NCBI GenBank assembly: GCA_016618085.1 | Contig: JABLTG010000158.1 | Location: forward strand, 1 to 44,453 | DNA: 44,453 nt | Origin: Neovahlkampfia damariscottae | Taxonomy: Eukaryota | Reading direction: 5' to 3' | In this document: positions 1 through 11,691 of the stretch, one piece after another | How the letters are laid out: the number at the start of each line of letters is the position of its first letter | Position numbering within the stretch: position 1 is the stretch's first letter | The notes under the pieces: generated by a model | The model's database searches: none | What the model saw: the letters and a program-made list of their open reading frames with translations, nothing else | Told to the model about the DNA's origin: nothing | Made by a program: the position numbers and the translations under genes

Positions 1-3000
1 TCACTTTTAATTGAGCAAATTTAAAAACAAAAAGTAAAACAACTGCCAAGAAAAGAACAATAATTACCATTCTCCAACGAACATCATTATCACAAGGTTG
101 ACAAGTTCCACTTGATCTAAAATAATTATAAGCACATGCTTTACATGCTTCACCATCTCTTCCAGTAATACAACCTCCATTAATTGTTGAATTTCCAGTA
201 CACCAACTTGAAGTTGAACAAGCAATGAATTTATATTCTCCTTTATTTTCAAATAAATCTTTGTTATACCAAAAACCTGGTTTTACACGTGGTTGAATAC
301 CTTTTCCAGCACAAATAGCTCCATCAGGACATGATGTACAATCTATTCCACTTGTTGTTGTTGGTAATCTATAAAAATTTTCAAGACAATCACAATCTGT
401 TTTATTTGTAGCTCCAGTTGCATATGTTGTTGTTGGTCCTGAACATTGAATACATTTGGTTGAATTGCTACTTGGTTGATATTCACCAAGTGCACAAGGA
501 AGACAATTAAAAAATCCACTTTCAGGTTTAAAATATCCAATAGAACAAGGTTCACATTCTTTTTCAAAATCTTGTGATTGATATCCAGCTGAGCATGGTA
601 ATGGTGAATATGTTGAAGTATTCGATGTTGTATATTGACTTTCAGCATTGTAACTGATATGAATTTTAATATTTTGTCCTTCTGGGTGAGGAGGTGTTGT
701 ACATACCAACAACGTATCATTTGTAATTGCACAATCAACATTGGATAAAGTATCACCCAGCTTCAGTCTAATTCCTAAATTTGAACCAATAGTTTTGAAT
801 TCGTCAGCTGTGAGTGAGCTATTCAAAGCAAAACCGGAACCATACAACTTAATTTTTACGCCACCTTTGGCTTTGCCCGAATTTGGTTCAACTCTTGTAA
901 TTATTGGATGTTCATACATTAGGTAAGGTTGAGCTGTTGAAGGTAATTGTGATGTTGGATTAAAAACACGTAATTTATAGTATCCATTTGTTGGTAATCT
1001 TGTTGGATCAATTTCACAATCCATTTCATCACCTTGACGAACAAAACCAGGAAATATGATATCAGGAGGATTTCCAGGTGTATCAGCAATCGTATTTCCA
1101 GGTGGTGTTAACAAACATTGTGTTGTTCCTGGAGGAGCAACTCCTTTAATTGTTATGTTATAACTTGAAGGGTGATTTGAAGGAGCTCTTGAAGGGACCG
1201 TTTGCACAATAATTGGTGTCTTAGATTCTAAATATGTAATATTGAGGCCTGTTTTCATCCAATTTCTTCCATCATTGAAAGAAATTTCAACGTCAAAAAC
1301 TTTTGGTAACTTGATACCTGTTGCAGATGCTGCTCCAGTATTGCATACCATTGTTGTTCTTTCAGGTTTTGCACAATCAGCATATAGTTCTATTGTCGAA
1401 ACGTATTTGATTTTAGTGTAATTTGATGGTAAGAAATTTAAGCCGTGAATGGTCACTTGAGCATTACCTTCTGGACTTGTTTCAGCAACACCATCAGTAT
1501 TGACAATCTTTGTATAATTGAACATACTATGTCGATATGTTAATAATTCCTTTGTTGTATTTTGATAGGTTATGTTGTTGAAGGAAATAAACAAATAATA
1601 AAGAGCGACTTTTGAAGCATCAATATTTTCAAAAGTGATTTCATTTTTTGAAATAAATTGTACTTTTGATGTTGAAAGTTCTTCAATAACTGGACAAGGA
1701 ACAATAGAAGAATTTCCTATTGTATAATCACATGGAGCAGTAATATTACCAGTGGTACAATTTGTTGAATTGATAAAGTGTCCACAATGATTTAAATCAT
1801 AAGCATCATTCAATAATGGCACAAATTTGACTCGAATTGTGGTATTTAAAAATACATTTCCCATGATTTTCATTGTAACTTTTTCTCCTAAAATAATAAC
1901 ATCTGGATCAAATGAAGATACAGTCACTTGAGGATAAACATAATATGGTGATGCTGAAAGTTGTTCTAATGGTGAATTTTGATTTAAACTTCCTGTAATA
2001 TGAACATCAAAGTATAAAGCACATGGTGTTGAATTTGAAAATTGACTTCCACATAAACGATTTAAATCTGGATTTGTACCATTATTTGTTAAAATAGTGA
2101 GATTTGTACATTTAAATTGATCTTTTGAAAGTAATGAACAATCAATTTGAGCTTTTTCATTGTTGTCAATATTTTTCACAAACCAACTATAATTGAATGA
2201 TGAATCAAATCTATTTTCAAAATGTGAAATATAAATTGGATAATCAACTGAAATATCATCCTTATTACCAACTGAACTAACAATAAAATCATCTGAAAAA
2301 AATAATTTTAAATTTTTCTAAAAAAATTACCCAATTTAAAATAGTTAATTGCTGATAATGCTGGTGAAAAGTATTTTTTATTATCAAATGACAATGAATA
2401 AGGTAAAAGTTGTGGTAAGTTCAAATTTCCATCATAAATTGGAGCACATGGACAAATGATTTGTGAGCCAATAGCATCCCAACTGCAACTTTGAATTTTT
2501 TCCAATGAACCAGAAGAAATCTTCAATAAAGGAGTAAAAGCATTTCTAAAAGTAGCATCAATTTGAGAAAAAATTCCAAGAGTGAGATTATTCCGTCCAA
2601 ATATTGAACAACCTTTTTCAGTTGTTGGATTGATACTTGCTGTGTAACCTATGGATACAATTGAAGGAAAGTCTTTGAAGAAGTTCAGATTTTAATTTTT
2701 TCTTACCAAAAGTAAAGATTTTTGTTGATGTTGAGTTGATAAATTTTTGGTTGTCAAAAGAGACTAAAAATTCATGTTGTTTATCAGCCACTTGAAAGGT
2801 ATGTTGAAATCTTGCTATTTTACTGTCTATAACTTTTCCAGTGATATTCTTTCCATCAATAATAATTGAAACATCATTTGATAGAGGAATATTATTAACA
2901 CCACCAAAATTAATGTCAAAAGTGATCAGTTCATTGATTTTGACTAATTGTGGAACAATTGAAGTGATAATTGGAATTTCTAAAAAAAATACATTCAGAT

Positions 3001-3703
3001 GAAATTTAAAAATACCGTAAAGAAGAAATGGTTCTCCAATTGCGTATGTTTCTTGAGGTGTGATAAATAAATCAAAATCAAGCTCTTTATGTTGATCTCC
3101 AAATAGAACTTTCGTTAAAGAAGGTAAAAGTGTTGTTTTTTGTGCAGCAGAAAATAAAAATTTTTCTGGAGAATTTACAGCATCTGGTTGAGTTAAACTG
3201 ATCAAAGGATTTAAAGATGGTTGAAGTGTAGCATTTTTTAAAACATTTTTCCATTGAGTACTTGTGAGTGAAGGTGTTGAAACTAAAGTTATTAAAGAAT
3301 CAGTTGTTTCGAATCCGTTGTTTGGTGAGTAAACAATTTCGTCTGAAAAAAAATTAAAACAAAATGAAAAACCTAGAAGTGCTATTTTTTGAACTGGAAC
3401 AGTTGAATTATGCATTAATGAACAATAACCACCAGCATTTTTTGTTATAGAAAAAGTGACTTCTAAACCGTTTTTTGAGGCACTACATGATGCTATTACA
3501 CCTGGTTCTTGGCATGAACAACCAGAAATAGAAACATCAGATGTCAATGTGAACTTGACTGAGACTTGTTTTGAGGATGTCAAGTAGATTCGATTTCCTT
3601 TGAATTATTAATGATTTTCAATGAAATTACCATCATTGTATGTACAAACGACGAATGTTATTTGTAACAACAGAATCACAAAAAACAAACTATTGTATGA
3701 CAT
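1..3703 (-). CDS. Large cell-surface protein: signal peptide, several IPT/TIG-like Ig folds, Cys-rich (GCC2/GCC3, ephrin-receptor-like) repeats, start of a transmembrane region; runs off the window edge
   Basis: Spliced by eye: ATG 3703 MSYNSLFFVILLLQITFVVC; introns ~3598-3630, ~2673-2706, ~2294-2331. The final exon is open to position 1 and reads ...PIITRVEPNSGKAKGGVKIKLYGSGF...CEPCSIGYFKPESGFFNCLPCALGEYQ...WRMVIIVLFLAVVLLFVFKF. Confidence 0.8.
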
Positions 3704-4246
3704 TGATACGTTTGACAGCTAATTGACCAATCAGATGAAATTCTTGATTTTTAAACATTTTTGGTGACAATTTTGAAGAACAAAATCATGAAATTGAGAA
3801 CAATTTTTTGAAATTGATTTTGATTGAAAAATTTATTTCCAAATCAATTTTAGCTAAATTGAATCTTTCTGTCAAATAAGAAAATCTTTTTCAAATGTTG
3901 AGTTCATTTTGTCAATATAGAATCCATAGTGATTCTCATTGAAAGCAACTTGACAACAAATTTGATGCATTGTGACATGGTTGTAGAATTGTTGTGGATT
4001 TTTTTATTTTAACCATTTTTATGTTGTGATAGTTCATTTTAAGCACTGGTTGAGGTTATTCCAGATATTTTATTCATTCTTACTCATTTCCTTTTTCACA
4101 ATTTTTTGTAGACGTTGTTCTAGTTGACCAATCAACGCATCTTCCAAAAAATAAATGATTGGCCGTTTCTGTAAAAAAATCATTGGTTTATTTCTTCGTT
4201 ATAAACCTCTCAAAAGAAGTTATTTCAAAAAGAATCATTTAGTGAT

Positions 4247-6185
4247 ATGACTGGAATCAAAAGAAAAAGAAATGAAAATAATTATATATCATCAAAGAAA
4301 AGCAAAACTTCAAGAATTTCAAATCTGCCCTTGGAATTGATTTGTCTCATGCTGAGCTACTTACCAACTCAAAACAGGTACCTTATAAAACACCACTAAA
4401 AATATGATTTAGATTTAAAATAAGAACTGTTTCTAAAAAATTTGAACTTGCTTTTGCTTCTGTTCTCTCTTGGCAAACTTTTGAAAGAACATCAGACACA
4501 CCAAAAGAAATTTTTGAACAAATTTGTTTTAAAAAGAACTTTTATCTGTCAAGAATAGAATTGGAAAATTGCTCAGTCCAAGAAGAAGAAATGCTTAAAA
4601 ATTTTAAAAATTTAGAAAGTGCAAACTTAGGAAGTGTAAGTACATCATTAAACGACTTATATTAAACCATTTTAATAGTCTTATGATTTAAAAAACGTCA
4701 ATAATTTGGCTTCTTCTTCAAATTCTTTAAAAACTTTATTTTTAGATAACAGCAGCGTGAATGATATTTCTGCATTCAAAAACTTCAAAAAACTTACTAT
4801 TTTGGTACTCAAATTTTTTTTTAAGTTTTTTTTTCCAACAGGATTTGGGTAAAAGAAAATTTATTTTAAAAAATTTCAAAAGAAAATACAAAAGTCACAG
4901 ATATAACTCCACTTCAAGAATGTAGATATTTAAGAGATATATACATGTCACAAACTAAAATCTCTGATATCTCATCTCTTTCAAGTATTTTTTTAAACTT
5001 TAACTTTTTCAAAGATTGTTCCAGTTTAGAAAGAGGATTATTTAGTTCTACAAGTATCTCAGATATTACACCTTTATCAAATTGTTCAAATTTAGAGATT
5101 TTATTCTTGAATTCATCACAAATTCAAAGTTTAAAACCATTGGAAAAATGCTTAAAATTAAACTCTCTTCATTTCAAACAAACACAAGTAGAAAGTTTAG
5201 AACCATTGAAAAACTGTAGAGAAATGAAAATCTTGAGATTAGATGCAACTAATGTCAATGATGTTTCACCTTTACAAAATATGAAAAAATTATTCTACTT
5301 GAACATTAGGTAAAAAAAGAAAAAATAATCATTTTAATATTTAAATAGTTCAACGAATGTTTTAGATATTTCAGTGTTTTCAAACTTCAAATTACTCAGT
5401 AAATTATTTATTTCACATACTTCCATCAAAGATATTTCAGTTTTATCAAATTGTCAACACTTAGAATTATTACTTATGAGCAATACATTAGTTGATGATA
5501 TTTCAAGTTTAGCAAATTGCAAAAAATTAAAACATCTTGATTTAAAGAATACTTTAGTGAAAGATATCACAGCTTTAAAAGAATGTACAATGTTAGAAAA
5601 ATTAGATTTAGAATCTACTGGTATTAAAGATATCAACTCTTTATGTCACCTCAAAAATTTGATTGCTGTTGATTTGAGTTTCACTGAAATTCGAAATTTA
5701 GAACCTTTAGAAAATTGTTTAAAACTGAATGAACTTTATGTTGGAAATACTTCAATCACATCAATAGAACCTCTGAGATCATTATATTTCTTAGAAGAAT
5801 TACAAATTGAATCTACTGATGTTTCTGATTTATGTTGTTTAAAAGATAAAAGATTTTTATCAAAATTAGATATCAGTTCAACAAAAGTTTCAAGTATTTT
5901 ACCTCTTTCAACTTGTACTTCATTACAATACTTTTTTATGAATTCAACAAAAATTTCAAATCTTATTTATTTGAAAAATTGCTCAAAACTAAGGTAAGAT
6001 GATTTTTTTGATGTATTGATATTTTTAGACAACTTGATGTTTCTGAATCCTCTGTACTCAATTTACCACTCTTTCCATTCAAATATTTATCAGAAATTAA
6101 TGTTAGAAGTACTTTTATTCAAAACAAAGATGAAATTTTGAAAATTCTAAAAGTCAGAAATCCAAGCTTGTCAGTCTTGCAATAA
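4247..6185 (+). CDS. F-box / leucine-rich-repeat protein (~22-aa internalin-like LRRs), multi-intron
   Basis: N-terminal ISNLPLELICLMLSYLPTQNR|FKIRTVSKKF matches the F-box pattern. Repeated LxxLxLxxTxIxDIxxLxxC units occur in ORFs 4945-5313 and 5374-5997. Stop TAA at 6183-6185. Confidence 0.85.
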
Positions 6186-6251
6186 ATTAAAAAAAATTAA
6201 ATATTTTTTTTTTATTTAATTTTTTTTTGTTATCCAATCAAACTTAAGAGA

Positions 6252-8293
6252 ATGAAAAAATTGGTTGATGTTGTCATTTATTTTTTCTCAGTTCTTTTGG
6301 TTTTATACTTCACTGGGTTATCAAAATTCTTAACAGCTTTCCGTTTTACTGGTCTTTCCTTGCTCTCTGGATATGTCATAGCACATTGGTGTAACTCAAC
6401 AAGTAAAAACAAAAACAATTTTAAAAACCAAAAGAAAAATTCAAAAAAATTGAAGAATATATCAATGTAGACATAAAAAAAAAGAAATAACTATATTTAT
6501 AGAATCCAGTTTATGATATCAAAGACTTAAAAGTCCCAAGACTGGCAGGATTAAAATTATCCATTTTAGCTTCTGTAGTTGAAAATAATCTAATAGGACC
6601 TCTTTTATGTCCTTTTTTATTGAAGTAAAATAAAAAAAATATTCACTGTTGACAAGAGATTCTGGCACATCAATTCTTGATGATTTAGTTTGTTCAAAAC
6701 CAATGACTTTGTATCCCATCAGAAAAACAGATTTAAAAGAAAAAGAAAATTTTGAAGAAGAGTTTGAAAGAATTTCAAAATATCATTCAAAAGATGATTC
6801 TGTTTTTGTTTCCATTTGTCAATTTTCAAAAGCATACAAAGATGGAAAAACAACACCATTGGAAGTGGCAAAAAAAATTATTGAACAGGTAAAAGAATCA
6901 AATAAAGGAGAAAAATACCCTCTTAGATCAATAATCAATTTAAATGAAAAACTTCTTTTAGAACAAGCAACAGCAAGTAAATTAAAAAAAAAATCAACAC
7001 AGTTTCTTCATTAGGTACAGATAGATACAAAGAAGGTTGTCCATTGAGTATATTTGATGGAGTACCAATTTCAATCAAAGATGAAGCTGATTTAATTGGT
7101 TATCCAACAAAACTTGGTACAAAACTTACTGAGTTTTCAAACAACATTGCCACAGAAGATTCAAGTTCTTTCAAGAATTTTAGAAAATATGGAGCAATGT
7201 TTATTGGAAAATGTAATATGGCAGAGATTGGAATATCAACACGTTCATTGAATATTCATCCTTATTATCAAATTGCAAGAAATCCTTATAACATTCAACA
7301 TGAAATTGGTGGATCTTCATCTGGAAGTGGATCTTCAGTTGCTTCTGGATTATGCCCAATATCAGTTGGTGCTGATGGTGGTGGATCAATTCGTATTCCT
7401 GCTTCATTTTGTGGAGTATTTGGGTTAAAACCAACAAGCGGAAGAGTCCCAACTGAACAAAAAACAAGACCAGTTTGTTATTCAGTGGGTGTTTTGTAAG
7501 ATTATTGATTGAACTAATTAAAAGGGGTCCATTGGCATCAACTGCACATGACTTAACATTAGGTTACATGGCGATGAGTGATACATCACCAAATGCACCA
7601 TCACTGGGTTTAAAAGAAATCCAACCACAATCAGATGATTTTTACAGTTTAAAAGGGACAAAAATTGGAATTCATTGGGATTACTTTAATGATTGCGATC
7701 CAGAAGTTGCAACCATTTGTACATCTGTAGTCAATAAAATCTACAAAGAAATCTATGGAGGTGATATTATTGATATCAAAATTCCTTTGCTTCAAATTAC
7801 GAAAATGTCTCACTTGGTGACCATTGCAGCTGAAATGAGAGCATGTATGAATGATGTTTATCCTAGTGAAGATTTTCTTCCTGAATCAAGAATTCCATTG
7901 GGTCTGTTCAGTCATGTCAATAGTATTACCTACATTCAAGCACAACGTGTTAGAACACATATGATGGATGAAATTGAAGAAATATTCAAAAAAGTTGATG
8001 TCATCATCACGCCAACTATTTCCATTCCTCCACCTAAAATTAAAGAAGATACAAATACAGATGGTGAATCAGATTCTGGAATTGTATCAAAAATCATGAA
8101 ATATGTTTTCATTGCAAATTTCACTGGAATTCCAGCAATTTCTATTCCTGTTGGTTACACAAAAGATAAAGTTCCAATTGGTATTCAAATCCAATCAAAA
8201 TGGTGGAACGAAGCTCAACTTTTGAAATTTGCATATTTGACAGAAAGAGAAATCAAAAGAGAAAAACCACAAATACATTATTCTTCCTTTTAA
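6252..8293 (+). CDS. Amidase-signature enzyme, plant/Dictyostelium-type fatty acid amide hydrolase
   Basis: DGVPISIKD (catalytic Lys), GGSSSGSG and GADGGGSIRIPASFCGVFGLKPT amidase signature, and C-terminal NFTGIPAISIPVG. Spliced N-terminus YDIKDLKVPRLAGLKL resembles plant FAAH. Five short introns. Confidence 0.9.
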
Positions 8294-8313
8294 ATTTTTG
8301 GTTTTGAAAGAAA

Positions 8314-8818
8314 TTATTTATTTTCTTCTTGGTAATCATCCATCATTTTTTTAATTTTCTTTGCTACATTTTCATCTTCTTCACCATTTTTTCTAAATTC
8401 TGCACGAAGTCTTTCAAAAATTAAACCATTCCATTTGCACCAAAAATTTGAAGAAGCATAAAATTTGACTTTACCTTCTGAATTACAAAGTTGTTTTATA
8501 AAATCTGGGTTTTGTTCAAATTTGGCTTTATTTCCTTCATACATTATATTGACTTTTACACTTTCCCAGTCATTTCTCAATTTTACTTTTGAACCAGCCA
8601 TCCAAACATCCTGTAAATTTGTTAGTGAGTTGTTTTTGTTGTACACTTCCACATCCAGAATTCCTTACGAACTCAAATTCTTCTTTTGTGGTCGTTTTTG
8701 AACACTGAAAATAATTTTCTGCGCTAGAGTACTCAACACCATTTATTTTAAATTTACAACGTTGAAAATTATCAGTTTCTGAATGTTTCTTTCCATCAAT
8801 AGTCCCAGGTCCTCCCAT
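8314..8818 (-). CDS. NADAR (YbiA-like) domain protein, divergent
   Basis: Two overlapping ORFs joined by intron ~8611-8644: DNFQRCKFKINGVEYSSAENYFQCSK...LRNDWESVKVNIMYEGNKAKFEQNPD...LIFERLRAE. Confidence 0.75.
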
Positions 8819-8920
8819 CAAGCAAAACTTTGTGTGACGGAAAAGATTGAGCAAATCAAAAACAAGTTTGATTTATAATCTTTGAAGAATATTTTATTTT
8901 TTAAATTCAACTCTGAATTA

Positions 8921-9779
8921 TTAATCTTCTTCTTCCAGGATTTCCAAAGTCACAGCACTTCTTCTTCTTCCAAATGATCTTCTTCTTCTGCTTCTTCTTA
9001 TTGGTGTTGGGAATGTGAAAGATCTTTTTGTTGTTTTTGTTACTTTCTTGTATTTGCAAGCGTTGTGACAAGAGGCAACAGCATCACGGTACATTCTGCT
9101 CCTCATTGAAGCATAAGGAAGAGCATTTCTGAAAGAATAACAACTACAAAATTCGAATTGTTTTGAATGATGTCTTCCAATAAACTCATCAAACATAAAA
9201 CCTTTGAAAAATTAAAAAAACTCCAAATTTACCGGCAATTTTTTTTGCAATGCTCATACCACTTGTTTTTGCAGCATAATTATTCATTCTACCAACAAAA
9301 TATTGTCTCAATGACTCTGCTTCTTTGTTGGATATTTTTTCTCCTCCTTTACAAATGTTTCTGTATTTTGTTTCAACAATTTGGAAAACTGAAACTAAAA
9401 ATTTTAAGAAACTAGCAGCTTGATGATCTACTCTTCTTCTTCTGCGAAGCCAACTTCCACTTTTTTTCTTTGGAAGTGAAGCAATTCCTTGTGCTGTTTT
9501 TTCTTCAACCCATTTTTCAAGTGAAACTGCCTGACAAACTTTTTTCCAAGCTTTTTGAACATTAATATGTGTCCAATATTTCATAGTAGTTAAATCAAAG
9601 TATACCGCTTTTCCACATGAACATTGATATTCACAAGTACTTTCAACTGGACAATAGTTATCCACCTCCAAAGCATCACCAATTTCTAAAACATTTGCAC
9701 TTGATACACATGCTACTGGACCAGCATGACTGGTGTAGATCAAACCTAAAAGTACTACAACAACAAGAAAAAACTTCAT
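8921..9779 (-). CDS. Hypothetical secreted Cys-containing protein with poly-Arg clusters
   Basis: ATG 9779 MKFFLVVVVLLGLIYTSHA signal peptide. One intron 9202-9232 joins ORFs 9189-9788 and 8921-9196. 11 Cys. Confidence 0.7.
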
Positions 9780-9919
9780 TTTTGACAATGCTGATATTAT
9801 TGGTCAATTATATTTAGACCAATAGTTTTAAAACAAAAATGAAAAATTATTTACCAATCTAAGATTCTTTTATATATAAAATAGTTGGTAAGAATGGAGC
9901 ACCAATGGAAAATTGTATT

Positions 9920-9930
9920 TTTCCCTCCAA
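9920..9930 (+). promoter_or_regulatory. E2F-like motif TTTCCCTCCAA with nearby CCAAT boxes upstream of LIN9
   Basis: Variant of TTTCCCGCCA, also seen before RNR1/CDH1 and CDC45. Confidence 0.35.
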
Positions 9931-9961
9931 TTAAAAATTTTTTTCCATCCAATCACCAGAA

Positions 9962-11498
9962 ATGAGTGATTCACCTTTACGCAGGTCTGGCAGAAAAAGA
10001 AAAGCAGCAATTAATAATGAATACGATTGGAATTCAGACCAAGAAGATCAGAAACCACAAAAAAAGAAATACTCAAGTCCTCAACCATCCAACTCAGTTT
10101 CAGAAAAAAAAACACCAAGAAAACAAAAATTAATTTTATCACCATTACAACAAATGGAACCTGTCATTGAATCATTTTCACCAAATAAAAAAAAAAATTT
10201 ACCACCTAAACTTGTAAGAAATTAAAAATTAAAAAAAAAAAGAGAAGCAAAAAAATAGGACCATCAAGGTAAATCCAAAAATAAATTTAAACCATCAAAG
10301 CTATAAAATTAATATTGATGTCATTGGAGAAGTAAATCAAGAACAAAAGGAATTTATGGAAGAAATGTGTTCAAAATTCTCTCATGTTTTATCAACAAAT
10401 GCAAAAAAATTCATGATTTATGAATGGTTTTATTCTGTTATAGATTATCATTACTTTTCAAAAAATGAATTTGAAGACTGTCTTCATGATTTGAATCTTT
10501 CACACATTGAAAAATTAACAAGATATGAATGGAATCAAATTAGGAATGGTAACCATTTCTAATGATTTTATAACCATTTTGAAAGCTATTGGTAAACCAA
10601 GAAGATTTTCTGCAAATTTTTTGAAAAATGAAAAAGAAAAATTAGAAATCAACAGAAACAGAATAAGAAAAAAAATGAAAAATATTTTGAATATTGATGA
10701 TAGAGTTATGGTAAAATATGGTCAAAATAACCATTTTCTTAGGTTTATACAAGTCAATTCAATCTTGAAATTGGTGTCATTAAATCTATTGAACTTTCTA
10801 AATATGTTGTTGAATTGGAATCAACAAAATCAAATGTAAAAGTTGTAGATTCTCAAATAATGTCTTTGACACCAAATGTTTTGACTGCAATGGATTCAAA
10901 TATCAATACAATCAATATGGTAATTCTTGTTTTCATTTTTATTTAATTTTTAGGCTCATTTTGTTGTTAAATTGAGAAAAAAAGAAAAAATATTAAAAGA
11001 ATTGAATGAAATGAATGATAAATTTGAAAATAAATCTGAATTGGAATCCGATTTTTCGATCAAATATGCTTGGTTAATTGTACAATTGAGAGAACTCAAT
11101 ACAACAATTGATCAATATAAAATGATCAGAGAAGTTGAACCAGAAAAGAAAAAAATTGAATCAAAATACAATTTGACTTTCGAAAGTAATAGAATTGCTG
11201 CTTCAAAATTATTTGAACATCTTGATTCTAAAGTTAAAAATGTGATTATCCAATGTTAGATTTTTTTGATTTTTCACATTTTTTAGGTGTTGGATTTTTA
11301 TTTCACTTAAAGTCTTGTATTGATAATGTTAATTTTAATAAGAGTATGATTTTTATTTCACTGAATTAATTGAAAGATGATGTTGAAGTTACAATGAATG
11401 CCGCTCTGATGGCAATGAAACCAAAATTTGGAAATGAAATGATTTATCAAGAAATTAAGGAATTCATCCAACAGATAAAAAAAATTTTGTTAGAATAA
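9962..11498 (+). CDS. LIN9: LIN-9 / ALWAYS EARLY homolog (DIRP domain, DREAM/MuvB complex)
   Basis: YEWFYSVIDYHYFSKNEF...KLTRYEWNQIRN|AIGKPRRFSANFLKNEKEKL is the DIRP signature; C-terminal coiled coil with YAWLIVQL. Multiple short introns. Confidence 0.88.
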
Positions 11499-11691
11499 AT
11501 ATTTTCGGAATTTTAAAGATAAACCATTAAATTTCCAAAAAAAGAATTTGCATGCTTTAAGAATTATCCGGAAAAAAAAAAAAGTGAGAAAAGAAGAAAA
11601 AAACCAAAAAAAAACAAGTTTTCAAGTTGAGCTAGTCGGAAAATTATTTAATACGTCAAAAAACTACCAATCAAAATCAACGACAAACAAA

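Noticed and set aside
3935..4090. Possible ~38-codon spliced minus-strand ORF (MMLKMNYHNIKMVKIKKSTTILQPCHNASNLLSSCFQ) downstream of a CCAAT box
   Set aside because: Too short and with no recognisable domain; cannot be supported without transcripts.
4945..8293. Fragmented ORFs as pseudogenes or an alternative genetic code
   Set aside because: The breaks I examined are resolved by short GT-AG introns under the standard code.
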